NCBI RefSeq assembly: GCF_964355755.1 | Contig: NC_092671.1 | Location: 18,848,001-18,912,000 of the forward strand | Origin: Antedon mediterranea | Taxonomy: Eukaryota; Animalia; Echinodermata | Direction: 5' to 3' | DNA length: 64,000 nt | Part shown: in pieces, positions 63,476-64,000 of the stretch | How positions within the stretch are numbered: position 1 is the stretch's first letter | Layout: every line of letters begins with the position of its first letter | The notes under the pieces: model-generated | Databases searched by the model: none | What the model was told of the DNA's origin: nothing | The model's input: the letters and a program-made list of their open reading frames with translations, nothing else | Translations under genes and position numbers: made by a program

Positions 63476-63654
63476 GTGATTGGAGTTGAAGTTGTTCCTT
63501 GTTTTTAAATAGAAGACGAGTATGAATATGATGTTTACATCCACGTCAAAAAGTAATGAGCCCTCTATCGGTCGTTTGTTTTACCTTATGCATATCCCCC
63601 GCGACTAAAAGTTTGTCTCATGATGCAACGGCCCAATAGAAGCGTTTCATTTCG

Positions 63655-63835
63655 TTTTTAGACGTACACGCGACTCTATAGTTCACTATGTTGGTCGGTC
63701 GGTCTGTCGGGTATCACTTTGCGTTTTTCTGTACTTTTTGAACTGTTTTGATGTACAGAAAAGTATTAAAGTACTTTACTTTTTGAAAGTTCATTTTTTC
63801 TGAGAGCACGCGACTTATGGCTGTTGGCCTTGGTT
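63655..63835 (+). mobile_element. HINE (non-autonomous Helentron derivative)
   Basis: CACGCGACTCTATAG..CACTATG + GGTC repeats, core shared with 59680-59850, ends GCACGCGACTTATGGCTGTTGGCCTTG; same architecture as 12951-13064. Confidence 0.75.
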
Positions 63836-64000
63836 GGAAATGCAGTAATTACTTTAAACGTGTACACCGAATACGAAACAATTTACGATTGGAAAAACAT
63901 TCAATTTTATTATCCTTTGTATTGCATTAACCTTTTTTTTATACCTTAGCTGTATATAAATAAGCATGTAATAAACATTTCATATTAAAGTGGGCATGTA

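Larger units (their letters stand above)
59670..63610 (-). mobile_element. Helentron, internally deleted (USP/C19 - repeats - Zn finger - [Rep missing] - PIF1 helicase C-terminus - APE endonuclease)
   Basis: LKLKKGAKVMLTYTVDVIDCLTNGAMG and QFPLKLSFACTAHKMQG (PIF1); LNIWSL, CLQETW, VYRS, IIGDFN, PTHEKGGLIDHVY, YYSDH (APE); YTCISCHRKLY; GGTC-rich terminal repeats at 59680-59850 shared with the HINE at 63655. Confidence 0.85.

Overview
AT-rich eukaryotic (metazoan invertebrate; echinoderm-like by inference only) genomic DNA dominated by nested, mostly decayed transposable elements. Host genes: four spliced coding exons of DNAJC9 (+, 7257-12567; first coding exon not found in the window) and a duplicated pair of intronless rhodopsin-class GPCRs (38965-39874 frameshifted; 47743-48654 intact). 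Mobile elements include Academ, pogo, CACTA/EnSpm (with an internal 63-bp satellite), Kolobok/Harbinger/hAT-type MITEs, Rex-Babar/L2/CR1/L1 LINE pieces, two Penelope elements with hammerhead-like motifs, Gypsy and BEL remnants, and an internally deleted Helentron plus HINEs. The most unusual signal is a Gypsy LTR-retrotransposon lineage, present as two related copies, whose pol is followed by a splice-acceptor-led extra ORF; in the more complete copy the integrase ends in a PHD finger and the extra ORF encodes a TatD-family nuclease. Three different ubiquitin/UBL deconjugase families (USP/C19 in the Helentron, OTU followed by an F-box-like motif, Ulp1/SENP with PHD) also occur as TE-type cargo. 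All family calls come from motif reading by eye; no database searches were run.
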